Shown: positions 45,310 through 59,240 of the stretch, piece after piece
Layout of the letters: each line of letters opens with the position of its first letter
Position numbering within the stretch: position 1 is the first letter of the stretch
Assembly (NCBI GenBank): GCA_951406725.2
Contig: OX597824.1
Location: 92,504,001 to 92,568,000 of the forward strand
DNA: 64,000 nt
Source of the DNA: Octopus vulgaris
Lineage: Eukaryota
Direction: 5' to 3'
The notes under the pieces: generated by a model
Told to the model about the DNA's origin: nothing
What the model saw: the letters and a program-made list of their open reading frames with translations, nothing else
Database searches by the model: none
Program-made: the position numbers and the translations under genes

Positions 45310-45348
45310 ATAAGTGTATATATGTGTGCATTTGTGTGTGTATGTATG

Positions 45349-45388
<40 letters not shown>

Positions 45389-45459
45389 CATATATATACA
45401 TATATATATACATATATATATACATATATATGTGTATGTGGTTGTATGTGTGTGTACGC

Positions 45460-45496
<37 letters not shown>

Positions 45497-45519
45497 TATA
45501 TACATATATACATATATAC

Positions 45520-45554
<35 letters not shown>

Positions 45555-45633
45555 CATATATACATATATATATACATATATATACATATATATATGTATA
45601 TATGTATACATATATATATATATATAGATATAT

Positions 45634-45670
<37 letters not shown>

Positions 45671-45692
45671 ACATATATATATGTATATATGT

Positions 45693-45723
<31 letters not shown>

Positions 45724-45815
45724 CCTGCGTACACACACATACAACCACACACACATATATGCCTGCATAAACACATACTCAAAGACACATGTTTATATAT
45801 ATATGTGTATATATG
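45310..45815. repeat. (TA)n/(TACA)n compound microsatellite with inverted symmetry
   Basis: GTGGTTGTATGTGTGTGTACGCAGGTA (~45438-45464) vs TACCTGCGTACACACATACAACCAC (~45722-45748). Confidence 0.85.
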
Positions 45816-45820
45816 AGACT

Positions 45821-46138
45821 TGGAGGCGCAATGGCCCAGTGGTTAGGGCAGCGGACTCGCGATCGAAGGATCGCAGTTTCGATCCCCAGACTGGGCGCTG
45901 TGTGTGTTTATTGAGCAAAAGCACCAATAAGTCCCACGAGGTTCCGACAGGGGTTGGTAGCGACCCCTGTTGTACTCTTTCGCCCCAAATTTCTCTCTCA
46001 CTCTTTCTTCCTGTTTCTTGAGTAACGCTGCGATGGACTGGCGTCCCGTCCGGCTGGCGGGGAACACATGCGCCACAGAAATCGGGAAACCGGGCCCATG
46101 AAACTGGCTAAGCTTGAAAAGGGTGCATAAATAAATAC
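45821..46138 (+). mobile_element. Full-length SINE family A (short-tail subfamily) with 12-bp TSD
   Basis: TSD ATATATGAGACT at 45809-45820 and 46139-46150. Confidence 0.95.
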
Positions 46139-46358
46139 ATATATGAGACTCAGCTGCTACAGAAGGATTGAGTAAGACATTTATTTTTGCTCCGATTTAC
46201 CATCGCCGCTTTTCCATTTACCATGCACCCAATTTTTCTGCCACCGATTTGGGGCTCCCACTGTCATATACAGTGATGAAATAATCTGTGCGTATGTTTG
46301 CACGTGAATGTGGCTGGGAGAATACTTACACACACACGTATGTATACATATATTCAAA

Positions 46359-46567
46359 ATGTGACCGCGTGTGTACCGTTGGCGATTTTTTTCCTCCGTC
46401 TTCCCTTCTCTGGATCTTTCTTTTTCCTTTGTTTCTGACGAAGAGCTCCGCTCGAAACGTTAAACCCTCCTTCTTCCCTTCTTTCTTGAGCGTCCAATAA
46501 TACTATATTTGTTCCACGCCCTCGCGTTGTTGTGTTTTCTCTTTGTGTTTTCATGTTTGGATTAACT
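46359..46567 (+). mobile_element. Family H1 element, copy 2
   Basis: ATGTGACCGCGT...TTTGGATTAACT+(TA)n. Same termini as 61048-61249. Confidence 0.9.
46431..46465 (+). ncRNA. Minimal type I hammerhead ribozyme, intact core
   Basis: GTTT-CTGACGA-A-GAGC(TCC)GCTC-GAAA-CG-TT^AAAC. Palindromic AACGTT in place of stem III. Confidence 0.75.
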
Positions 46568-46823
46568 TTATTTATATATATATATATATATGTAACTTTT
46601 ACCGTTTACCTGCTTCATGCATTAGAGTGCGGTATTTCTGGCGCAAAGCCTTGTGAAATTTTACTCGAAAGAACCGACCCAAGTGCCTATTATTCTTGAA
46701 GTTTTAGTGCCTATTCAATCTCGGCCTCTTCTGTCAAAACGCTCGGATAAGGTAATGCAAACACACCAACACACAAAGCTTTGGCAGGGTTGGGGAAGGA
46801 GCTTGTGAAATAACTACAATATA

Positions 46824-47498
46824 AATATTTTGGTACAATGTCGGCAATTTCGTTACAGAGAGCAATTCGATTAAATCGACTCCAGTGCTCAAATGGTACT
46901 TATTTTACTAACTTCGGAATACAAAAAAGTTGAAGTCGACCTCGGCAGGATTTGAACTCAAAATGTAATGTGAAATTTCTGCTAAGCGTTTTGCCTGCCA
47001 CCGTAAGGACTCGACCAAACTAGCCGCCTTACAAACTAGATATATTCTTTTCTACTCTAGGCACAAGGCACGAAATTTGGGGGGAGAGAGATGGGGTCAG
47101 TTGATTACACCGATTCCAGGAGGCACCTGGTACTTAATTTATCAACCCCGAACGGATGAAAGGTAAATACGATCTCAGCGGAATTTGAACTCAGAACACA
47201 AAGACAGATGAACTACCGCTATGCATTTCGCTCGGCATGCTAACGTTTCTGCCAGCTCGCCGCCTTCCCAACTAGAAATATGCTTTTCTACTCAAGGCAG
47301 AAGGCAGAAAATTTTGGGGGAGGGGACCAGTCGATTTGATCGACCCCAAGATGCAATGGTACTTAATTTATCGACCCCGAAATTATGAAAGGCAAAGTAA
47401 ACCTCGGCGGAATTTGAACTCAGAACGTTGCGACCGTCGAAATGCAGCTAAGCATTTCGTCCGGCGCGCTAACGTTTCTGCCAGCTCGCCGCCTTACA
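46824..47498 (-). mobile_element. Three head-to-tail SINE family C copies separated by a repeated 13-bp target-like motif
   Basis: Copies ~46824-47030, 47046-47268, 47282-47498. Motif TAACTACAATATA / AAACTAGATATAT / CAACTAGAAATAT / CAACTAGAAATAT at 46811, 47033, 47269, 47499. Confidence 0.85.
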
Positions 47499-48534
47499 CA
47501 ACTAGAAATATTGACGGAAATTTTGATCTGAGTATGCTTTGAATTGAAACCTTAAGTGATGTAAGTATATCTACGTTTACTTCATCCGTACTTAAGAATA
47601 TTGGTAAGTGGAATTGAGCAAGCAGCAGAAAAGCATTGAGATGGTAAAATTTTGACATTGTATAGTATTCTTAGCTAAGTTAATATATTTTCCAAAAGCG
47701 CTTCCATCAGCATACATATCGATTTTCTAGACACTCAGCATGAGATTTCTCAATCACTGGACATGATACATATAGAATATATTTATGTATTCGTGCTAAT
47801 ATACGCACAAACGCATAAATACGTTAACACACATATATGTACACACACAGACATACACGGACATACACACACATATATACATATATTTATAAATATGTAT
47901 ATATATACAAACATCTGTATATATATTCACATGTTTACTTGTATATACATATATATATACGTATATGTATACTCACATATATGTTGTATATGCATGTGTG
48001 TGTATGTGTGTGTGTATGTGTAATTTTGTGTGTATCATTTTGTTATGGCTATTATTGATAAGAAAATTTCATAGCCCCAGGTCAGCAACGAACGCACAAA
48101 TTTATTAGCAAATACACCCCCAACGCCCTGCATCATATCAAATATTATTTACCTATTTCTCGAGGTATCTCGTCGTGCCACCGTGATTTTTGAAATTTTT
48201 AAAGTTTGACATATCTGGTGCTATTTTAAGAAGAACTTGGATCCTATTCCCAAACAAGTCTGAGAACCAATTCGAAATTATATCTTCCAATCTTGAAAAA
48301 AAATAGGATTTCACTATAGTGAGAATTAAATATATTCTGAACTATTTTAAAATATGGCCGAAATTCCTTACTTTTTGGGAGAAAGACATAAAGTGTTGTC
48401 TTCTACGAATGTTTTCACAAAAGTACAGCGTAATTAATCAACTAATTGGTAGAGAAGGGGAGGAGGAGGAGTAGGAGGAGGTGGTGGAGGAGGAAAGAGG
48501 GTCAAAGGGAGAGAGAAATAGAGGTAGTGAATCA

Positions 48535-48832
48535 GTTAATGAGAGAGTGAGTGAGTGAGTGATTGAGTAAATGAGTGAGTGAGTAGGTGAGTGAGAGAGT
48601 GAGGGTGTGAGAGAATGATTGATTGATTAAATGAGTGAGTGAGTGAGCGATTAAATGAGTGAGAGAGTGAGCGAGTGTGTGAGTGAATGAGTGAAGGCGT
48701 GATTGATTGATTAATAAAATGAGTGAGCGAGTGGATGAGCAAATGATTGAGTGAGTAAGTGAGTGAGCGGGTGAGTGAGTGAGTAAGTGAGTGAGTGAGT
48801 GAGTGAGTGAGTGAGCGAATGAATGAGTGAGT
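48535..48832. repeat. (GAGT)n microsatellite
   Basis: Direct reading. Confidence 0.9.
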
Positions 48833-49788
48833 GTAGTTTCGCCAATGTCATTTTTGCGATGTGTGGTCTGGCGTTGTCTTGCAACAAAATAGGAGTAGAT
48901 CTATTGACTATCTAGGCTGTTTTCTGTAAGTTTCTGCATCATTGGTTCCAGTTGACTACAGTATCCTTCGGACGTGATTGATGAACGAGGTTTAATGAAA
49001 TCATAATAGATCACACCTGCGTCAGACCACCGAACGCACACCATCAGCTTGTCTTGATGAATTTTGCTTTTTACACTGTGTTTTGATTGCTCGTCTTTGT
49101 CCAACCACTGTGCTGAATGTTTACAGTTGTTGTATTGGATCTATTTCTCATCACGTTACAATTCGATTAAAAAATTATTCAATTTTGTGACGAGAAAGTA
49201 GCATAATGCAGGCTTCCAAACGCTGTTGCTTCTGATATTCCTTGATTTCATGTGGAACCCATTTATCCAACCTTTTCCCTTTACCGATTTGAACTAGTTG
49301 AGTCAATAATGTTTGCTTGGTAACACCAAGCAACAACGATAATTCACGGACATTTTGAAATGGATCTGACTCAACGGTGGCTTTCATTTCGTCAGTATCC
49401 ACCTTTGTTTCTGGTCGACCGCGATGCTCATTTGTGAGGTCAGTGTTACTAGAACGAATTTTTGCAAACCACTTTGATACTGTCTGCTGTGTAAAAACAT
49501 GAGAATGAAATACTCCATTAATATTCCGAGCTGTCTGTGATGCTGTATTTCCAAGAAAGAACTCATATTTCAAAACTGCACGAATTTCCAACAGCCATCT
49601 CTAAACAAAAATAGCAAAGAACGATTTATAAATACTTTATAATGCGCAAAATGAGTTAGAATAAAGAAATAGATGTGTCAGCTTTCTAACAAATAATAAA
49701 GTTTGTCAAAATATAATAATGGCGCAAAATGAGCAGCAGTCAAATTTTACCATATAAATTACTACGTATTTCATACTTGACGACCTTA
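48833..49788 (-). pseudogene. Defective mariner (Tc1/mariner, DD34D-type) transposon, 3'-truncated
   Basis: EIRAVLKYEF..HTH..GRP..KWVPHEI; RIVT-DEK*I.Y.N; KLMVCVRWS..GVIYYDF; PILLQDNARPH. Frameshifts and stops. 5' ITR TAAGGTCGTCAAGTATGAAATACG next to TA (49789-49790). Confidence 0.95.
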
Positions 49789-50134
49789 TATATTATGTCA
49801 TGTTCTACATGATCTCATGTGCTTCTCCCCTATTAGAATATTAGGGTGTAATGTGAGTGGGTTTTTACTGCTATTTCTAGTTGTGTGTGTTGTTGCTATT
49901 GTTGTTATGGTTGATGGTGTTGTCTACTCCCAGTACAATCCATATCAAGTAGGATAATGATCAAAATGCATTCCACCTGTGAGCGTCACGCCTATATGGA
50001 CACTTTCTGGTCTGTGATATCCAATAGGACTTTACTTACTGAATGCGGTACGGTGTGATTTGATGGGGTTTGAGCTGCTATTTCAAGCAGATCAAGTCAC
50101 CTTTTATTTGCTGTCTATGTCATTTCATTGATAT

Positions 50135-50482
50135 TCTCTCTCTTCTTCTCTCCTTTTCATTCTCATTCTCGTTCACTTTTTCTCTTTCCCTCTCTCTTTC
50201 TCTCATTTTCCCTTTCTCTTTCTCTCTTCCTCTCTCATTTACATATTTCTTTCTCGCTCTCAGTTTCTCTTTCTAAGTCTCTTTCTCTTAATCTCTCTGT
50301 TTCACACTCTCCCTCTATTTCACTCAGTCTCTCTCTTTCTCTCTCTCTTCTGTCTATATTTCTCTCTCTCTGTCACCCTCTCTCTTTGTCTCGCTTTCTC
50401 CTCTCTCTGCCTCTTTCTCTTCTTTCCATCTTTCTCTCTCTCTCTCTTTCTCCCCCTCTCTCTCTCTATCCCTCTCTCGCTC
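50135..50482. repeat. (CT)n-rich polypyrimidine tract
   Basis: Direct reading. Confidence 0.9.
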
Positions 50483-52359
50483 ACTCAGTTCAAACCGCTT
50501 GTTTTGTTCACTAGTCTTTGTTCTTTATGCATTAACGAACAAACATAAATTTTTCAGCTATCAGACACAAACCATCAGTCAACATTCAAACATGTTTTGA
50601 TCTACTTGAAATTTCCTCCATTTTCTCTGCTTAAAAATGTGTTTATCCATGTGAATTTATTTTCGGCATACTTCAATAAAATTCTGAAAATTGGATTTTA
50701 AATTTTTGTTTGGAATTAAACATACTCGTTTAATGATAGGTTCCTTCAGACGTCTCCTATTTGTCGATCGATTAAGCATCCATTTCAATCATGGTTTATT
50801 CTTAAAGAGCATACTTTCTGTGCGCGCTTATTTTATTTTATAGTACTACTTGTTTGTATTTTATGTTGTTGTTATTGTACATATCCTAATTAGTTTGGCA
50901 TAATTTCCCTTCTACTCTCTTATAGAATATTTATAATTGTTTGTTTGACGATTGTAATAGACGGAAGTTGTCTGTAATTGCAATATACTAATGATCCTTG
51001 TTGATTTGAGATCGTGTCTTGTTTGAAATAATTTTAATCTACATTTCTTGCTATTATCCTTACAGGTCGATTCATCAATTAAAAGTGATAATAAGCGATA
51101 TTGATTGATGTCTTTGGCACCGGAAAATATTTTTAATGAAGGACTATTCTATCGGATTGAATTGGTCATAATTCTCTGTTAACCCTTTGTGTGCCCTGTA
51201 GCAGTTGTGATACTCAGGGCATATTTCTTAGGGGTCCATGTATCAAGTATAATACTTATTCCTGATCATTTCAACTACCAGTTTAATTAGGGGCTTACGA
51301 AAGGAAAGCAGTATTTTATGTACGGAACAAGGGACACCTAAAAGTCTGAAAACGAACACAGACGGCCAGGACAAGCTTATGAAAGGGATTTGGACAGGAC
51401 AAGGGATAATTATTCTTACGAGGTAGAAATGGAATACACAATAGCCTTTATAATTCAATCAGAGCATGGGTAAATATTATGCAAAAAATTGTAAACGTTA
51501 GGAAGCCTAGTATTTTAATTCAGAGCTCACGGAGACGAATTTGAGCTGCATGGAGTTTTAAGATTGAGATCCTTCTCGGAGGTTCTATGCATTCATGTAT
51601 AGCAACACGATCATTCCCACATAAATGATATCTTGGGTTTGGACAAAGAAAAGTACCTGTCTTGGGATATGACTTAGATCTATATATCTCGACATATGGA
51701 ATATTGAGGAAATATAATATCCCCTTCAAAATTACTACCAATAGTAAGAATATCTATAGACAATTTCTTGAAATCTAACGCTTGTTAACTTTCATTATGA
51801 ATAAGTTGTATATCAATAATCATTGGAACTCTTGGTTACATTGAGAAAAGATTAAGCGATAATCGCCAAACCCTAAAAATTCAATGCAAAGAATGATATT
51901 GGCAAACGTGGATTTCACGGTTTCAATCTGCTGAAGAATAAAACTGTGCAAGATTTTTTAATGCTGATTATGTAAAAAAAAAAAAAAATATATGAAAAAG
52001 CAGTTCCGTTTCCACAATGAATATTAATTGAATAATTAGCCACACACACAGACGCACACACAGACACACACATCACACATGCAGACGTGCAAGCACATAC
52101 ACAAAAGCGCCCGGATGCACGTACACACAGACATACAAACAAGCAAATATATATATACAGAGAGAGAGATGGATATATACATACATATATATATATATAT
52201 ATATAATATATACATATATATACATATACGTTTGCCTTTTAAGTGCTTTGGTTTTACTGGGATTTCCCTTTTAAGTAGAAAGAATAGCGAAAACTTTTTG
52301 ACTGCTATTTCGAAATTCGGTGTGTGGTGAGGCAAATCGTTGCTGAACCCTTAATTACT

Positions 52360-52449
<90 letters not shown>

Positions 52450-52935
52450 CTGAGAAACTGGCTGTATCATTTTGAGACGGTTTCCATAAAACATGCAAGA
52501 TCACGCATGACTGTGAGATTACTGCTCCAAGTCATAAGGAGAACACATTTAGGCTGTGATTAGTGCATGTACAAAAGCATTACTGTCATGTTCATGTGGA
52601 GACGTATATATGTTGGTAGATGCAGGTCCACAGCTGGACTGGAACCAATGACTATCGCAAAGAGTACGTGTGTACATATGATTGTATATATACACGGGGT
52701 ATGTATTCATGCCTACATACACAACTAACTCTTTGGCGATTTATAAATTCCAGTGGAATAGTCGTGTTTCTAAGGTAGAAACCGGTCATATCGCAATTGG
52801 TGAGAAATTCAAAAATACGCCTGCATTATTCACATTTATATATTAAGATATCAGAGCGTATTTCACTTAATGCCGCGTCGGAGCCGAATCGCTAACGAGT
52901 TAGAAATACTTATAATAGACGTGTCAACTACTCAC

Positions 52936-53058
52936 AGCTGACAATGAAATATATTCCGGCTGGATTACTACGTTTATTGATTTTCATTCGGCCGAACTTG
53001 ATCATGCTCAGCGCACAGACTTCAACAGATTCAGCAGAGACATGCGATGATTGTAGAC
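52936..53058 (-). other. Candidate 123-bp host exon
   Basis: Strong acceptor tttctcctttctacattttcag| and donor |gtgagt. Length divisible by 3. Phase-1 frame open (LQSSHVSAESVEVCALSMIKFGRMKINKRSNPAGIYFIVS). Unique sequence. Confidence 0.45.
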
Positions 53059-53340
53059 CTGAAAATGTAGAAAGGAGAAAACATGAATAAAAATTCTCTA
53101 TTGTCAAATAGCAATTACGATACATCTTTGTGCATTGCATTATGGAAGTTATAAGAGAAAGTTCAGTAATGTTACAAATATGGAATGACAATTGCAGAAT
53201 GGAGGAGGGGATTGCTTATAACCTACATCTAGATGAAACACATTTACACGATATAGTATATTCTATATATATATATATATATATATGTAAATATATATAT
53301 AAATATATATATATGTATAAATATATATATATTGTATACA

Positions 53341-53415
<75 letters not shown>

Positions 53416-53431
53416 ATCATATATATATATG

Positions 53432-53465
<34 letters not shown>

Positions 53466-54036
53466 CTTATGTGTACGTTTATTTGTGTCTACATATTATG
53501 TATATGTATATGTGTTGGTAGCTATATCTCTCTATCTATATATAACTATATCTATGTATGTATCTATTTATACACCCATCTATTTGTATGTATGTGTGTC
53601 TGTGTGTCAGTGTGTGTGTAAGCATGTATGTTGATGTGTGTATACATACCTACGTGCATTTAGGCTGATGCATTTGTGTCTATATCTGGGTATGTATTCC
53701 TGTGTATAATAGTTTTAAAAGTGCGAAAGTAAAACAACAGTTATAAAACATTAAGCAAAGCAAAATAGTCAGTGTCGTATTTTGTAAAAGCAGCTGGCCT
53801 TTTCTTATTACTGAAAATAAATATTAATACGAATAACTATATGAATATGATATGATCATCAAACAGCTGGTCGGCAATATTTCGATTTTATTATCTTAAC
53901 CCCCACCCTCGAGCACCACCAAGATGATTTCAACGCAACCTCATCTATTGTTTTAAATGTACATAGAAACAGAAACTCAGACAAACACCCAGCTGATAAC
54001 ACATATAAGTAAAACAATTATTCTACATATATGTAT

Positions 54037-54075
<39 letters not shown>

Positions 54076-54080
<5 letters not shown>

Positions 54081-54238
54081 CCTACCTCACGGCAAGAGGT
54101 GCAAATGAGAGTAGCTGTATCAAACTCCATTCTTCACCAAGTGCCACATATTAGACGAGGTTCGTCGTAATAACAGTGTAGCACAAAACGCCGGTGCATC
54201 AGCATGGCCGCAGCTCTGAGCTGAAACTAGAAAAAAAG
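54076..54238 (+). mobile_element. Short 3' end of CR1/L2-type LINE
   Basis: Matches 20738-20890. Ends CAGCATGGCCGCAGCT-CTG-AGCTGAAAC. Confidence 0.8.
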
Positions 54239-54342
54239 ATATATATATATATATGTATATAGGTACTGTAAATTTAGGGTGAATACTTGATAAGTGTAAG
54301 CATCTGTATACGCCAGCTATTTCATTTTATTTTATTTTATTT

Positions 54343-54380
<38 letters not shown>

Positions 54381-55154
54381 GTGTATATAAATAGATTTGC
54401 GTATTTTCCATTTGTTAATAATTAACAAGGAAAAACAGATAAATATTTACCAAGGTAACAAAACATCACATAAGTAAAAAGGGTGTAACCTCTTGTTTTT
54501 AATGGTAGAATCTCCGACTTTACGCGAAAGATTTTGTGTAATATACTGAATGAATAAATAAATAAATAAATGGAGTTAAACGCAGGTGTTATTCAAACTG
54601 TTTTACGTTCGACACATGTTTCGAAGATATCACGGGTATTATTCCAAAGGAATAAAGTGTGGTAAAACAATGTAATCTTCTCTTTAGCTATATTCATATT
54701 TAGACGCGATAAAGTTTTAAAACAGTAGCAAAATAGGACAGAAAGGACGGGACTGTATTTTACAATTTCTGTCGCAGTACCTGCAGGTGGAGGCTTTATC
54801 AGTGAGAACTTGAACAGTTTAATTGCTATATATATATATATATATTGTTTTACTTGTATCCTTCTCCACCATCCGTCTTCGGTGATGCTGAAACACCGAG
54901 CTCGTTTCGTAAATTTCCTTAGTTTAGGTTTTTTCACAACACCACTCCTGTATATGCCTTTGTTTCAGCAGTTTACCCAAACGTCTTGCTTGCTTACACA
55001 TCTTTCTTTACATATATATCATATAATGATTAAATCATGAAATCCAAGGAGATTGAATACCACATAAAACACTTCAAATTCTATAACAGCCCCGGTCAGC
55101 GTCACATTGTCAACCGCACGTCAACTTTATATCTCTGGGTTCAGTCACACTTCG

Positions 55155-55479
55155 GGACCCCCTCCGGTCACGACACTGACCATGGGATTGCACCTAGAAA
55201 GTTACCCTCCTAGTCACAATTCTGGGCAATGTGGTTTATGGAAGACCAGCAGTCGCCCATGCATACCGGCCTCCCCTCTCCACATCATCAGTGTTATCCA
55301 AGGGAAAGGCAAGGGGGCCAATACAGCTTGGCACCCGTGACGTTGCAACTCATTTCTACAGCTGAGTTAACTGGAGCAACGTGAAGTAAAGTGTCTTGCT
55401 CAAGAACACAACACGCAGCCCCGTACGGGATTCGAGCTGACAACCTCGACCCTCTAACCACTCAGCCATGCGCCTTCAC
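55155..55479 (-). mobile_element. tRNA-derived SINE (family D)
   Basis: Minus strand GTGAAGGCGCATGGCTGAGTGGTTAGAG..CTCGAATCCC..TTCTTGAGCAAGACACTTTACTTCAC (CORE-like). Very degenerate relative ~9960-10180. Confidence 0.8.
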
Positions 55480-55485
55480 ATCAAT

Positions 55486-55558
55486 CACACTACCATCAGT
55501 AATATTAATTCAATTTAGGGTCACACTACCATCAGTAATGATAATTCAACTTAGGGTC
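55486..55558. repeat. 36-bp tandem duplication
   Basis: CACACTACCATCAGTAAT..TAATTCAA.TTAGGGT twice. Confidence 0.85.
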
Positions 55559-56633
55559 TAGCTTCGATTTAAATTAGCTGTATTTAAAAATCCCTATAGA
55601 CTGAACAAATCTGTATATTTTAGTAGAGATTTGAGTCGAAACAGGAAAGAGTCGTGCGAGACAGAATTTTACGAATAGTTTTGTTGATTTAGTGTATTAT
55701 GTCATCGAAATTTTAGTGCAAGATGTTACCAGTAGAAAAAAAGTTTAGTTTTTATTTTGAGGATATGAAAGGAGTCTAGGTTTGCGTAGATGAATATGTG
55801 GTGCAATAAAAATGACTGAAACAAAGGAAATGGTATCGGTGACACAGAGACATGAAGATATCAAGCCAAAAATTTAAAAAAGGAAAACAGATTCAATGAA
55901 TGAATAAAAGTCCAATAATCTGACAGAAAGTCTTTATAACTCGAAATATAAAGACATATAGAAACAAATAGGTACACCCAGCGGAAAAGACAAGCAACTT
56001 TCGAAAGAGAGACAGCAAAAAAATGAATAGAACGTAAGCAAGAGGGGAGACAGTTATATGGAACGAGAAGGAATAATAACAGTCGCATAAATTTTTTTGT
56101 ATTTTTAGAAAGAAGAGAAGAAAAATCAATCACTGTAACATAAAACGTAAATCACGAAAAAAAGCCAGAGAAATCGGGCAGTGACAAACGGTTTGAATGA
56201 AGCGAAAGGAACTAAATGCCAGACAAATTGTATTGATGCATCGATTGCGTTAGTAAAATAGAGGTTATCTTTATAATATTCATGTTGGCTGCAAAGCATA
56301 ATAGTTATGGTGTTTTTAGCTTTTATTAGTATTCTGACTCAGATAATGTGGACGAAGTTTGTATGGCAACAGTGTTTGAAGTGCTAGGTTTTTGGTGTTT
56401 CTAGGGAGCGGTATAAAACGATAAAGTTTTTAGGAAGAAGAACTGGCATAGATTTTTAGAAAGCAGTATTTTAGCTTGATCGAGTGTAATTTGATAGGTT
56501 GAATATATTTATAAAGAAATCATATTGACAGTGACGAGAAGTACGAAGATGGAGAAATACAGAAAGTCAGTGGTGAATCATAGGATCGATTCTAGATAAT
56601 AACATTTATACTCAGATATTTGTTTTTTTTGTA

Positions 56634-56932
56634 GTAAAGATTGTTTGCCAACATAACATGGCAGTCCTGGTTTAGGACGAATGTTGCAGTAATTTAGCCC
56701 CAGGAGACATCGTCTCCAGCAGGCTATACGACACGATCTGTGTCCTTATATTTTCAAACATGGGAATCTAACACTCCTACTCAGCACAAAACAATATGTC
56801 TGTGTCGCGATTTCCGGGTTATTTACCTTTCATCAGCACAGAATAATTTTTCGGCTAGAGGTGGCGCTGCCAAATTCCCGTTCGAAATATATAAACCAGT
56901 ACTGCCATGTTATGTTGGCAAACAATCTTTAC
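56634..56932. mobile_element. MITE, 41-bp TIRs, TA target duplication (Tc1/mariner-type)
   Basis: TA|GTAAAGATTGTTTGCCAACATAACATGGCAGTCCTGGTTTA ... TAAACCAGTACTGCCATGTTATGTTGGCAAACAATCTTTAC|TA with one mismatch. Confidence 0.9.
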
Positions 56933-58004
56933 TACAAAGGACTGTTGCTGAATATCTCACATTGTGAGATTCAAAAAATAGTAATTTTCTTACTCATTTT
57001 TTATTGCGCAGACAGTGTAGGAGGTGAAAGACGGTGAGGTATTTCAAGGATTCCGAGACGTGAAGCAGACAAGTGAACGATATCAGGAAATCAGACACCT
57101 ATCTCAAACTTTTACAATTGAGCAGAGTCGGATGAAAAGTATCCTGAGAAATAATGATGAAGCTTACCCAGGAGAAGTATGACTTTGCAGCGTTATATAC
57201 ATTGGGGTATAGCTACCATATTTTACATATTTTATATATTATTCTAATAGTAATTCATTATAGTGTTATCATGCGACTGTCTCATCTATAAGCGCACCAA
57301 TTATTGTTTGTATGAGATCAATGTGCTTACGAAACTGAATTATTTTTCAAACAATTGCGGAAGATCTCAGGGGGTGCTTCATATCTCGTAATGAAGCTTT
57401 TCTTTTTTAAATTCTTTGTGAGATACCCCTATGAAGATATGCATCAAAACTTGTTTTATAATGTATAGGAGTTTTGAAATATAATAAGAAAACTGAACGA
57501 TGCACCATTTCGCGTATGATATCAAAACATTAGATTTTTGCATTCAATTCCCTTGAGCATATCACATATCGTATAACATAGAGTCTTCATATATAATTAG
57601 AATGTTGGAAATTATTAAACCACAATTACAGGAGTGTTTAAACTTGATGAGTGTGCCTTTTGCGGAGAAGGTCGGCGTGTTATATGTATCAGAGAGTCCT
57701 ATCGTTTCCTATCTTGACATGTGACAGAATAAAAAAAATATTGCGGAATGTCTTCGTTGGTTTTGTTGCTTTCTTTCCAAGATGAGACCGTGTCTTCTGA
57801 CCGTTGACGATTTAGGCAATAATGATGAATCGACCCGGTGATGTTTGGGCGGGGCGTAGAGGAAATGTCGCGAGTTCAAGCTCTTAACGAGCTTACTTGG
57901 AAAGCATTCCTATGATTAATATCGGCCGCACCCCTACTGCCACTCTCGCAGAGATATCAAAGTCAACAAATAATGTTCAATGAAGATCAATAAATAACGA
58001 CGAT

Positions 58005-59240
<1,236 letters not shown>

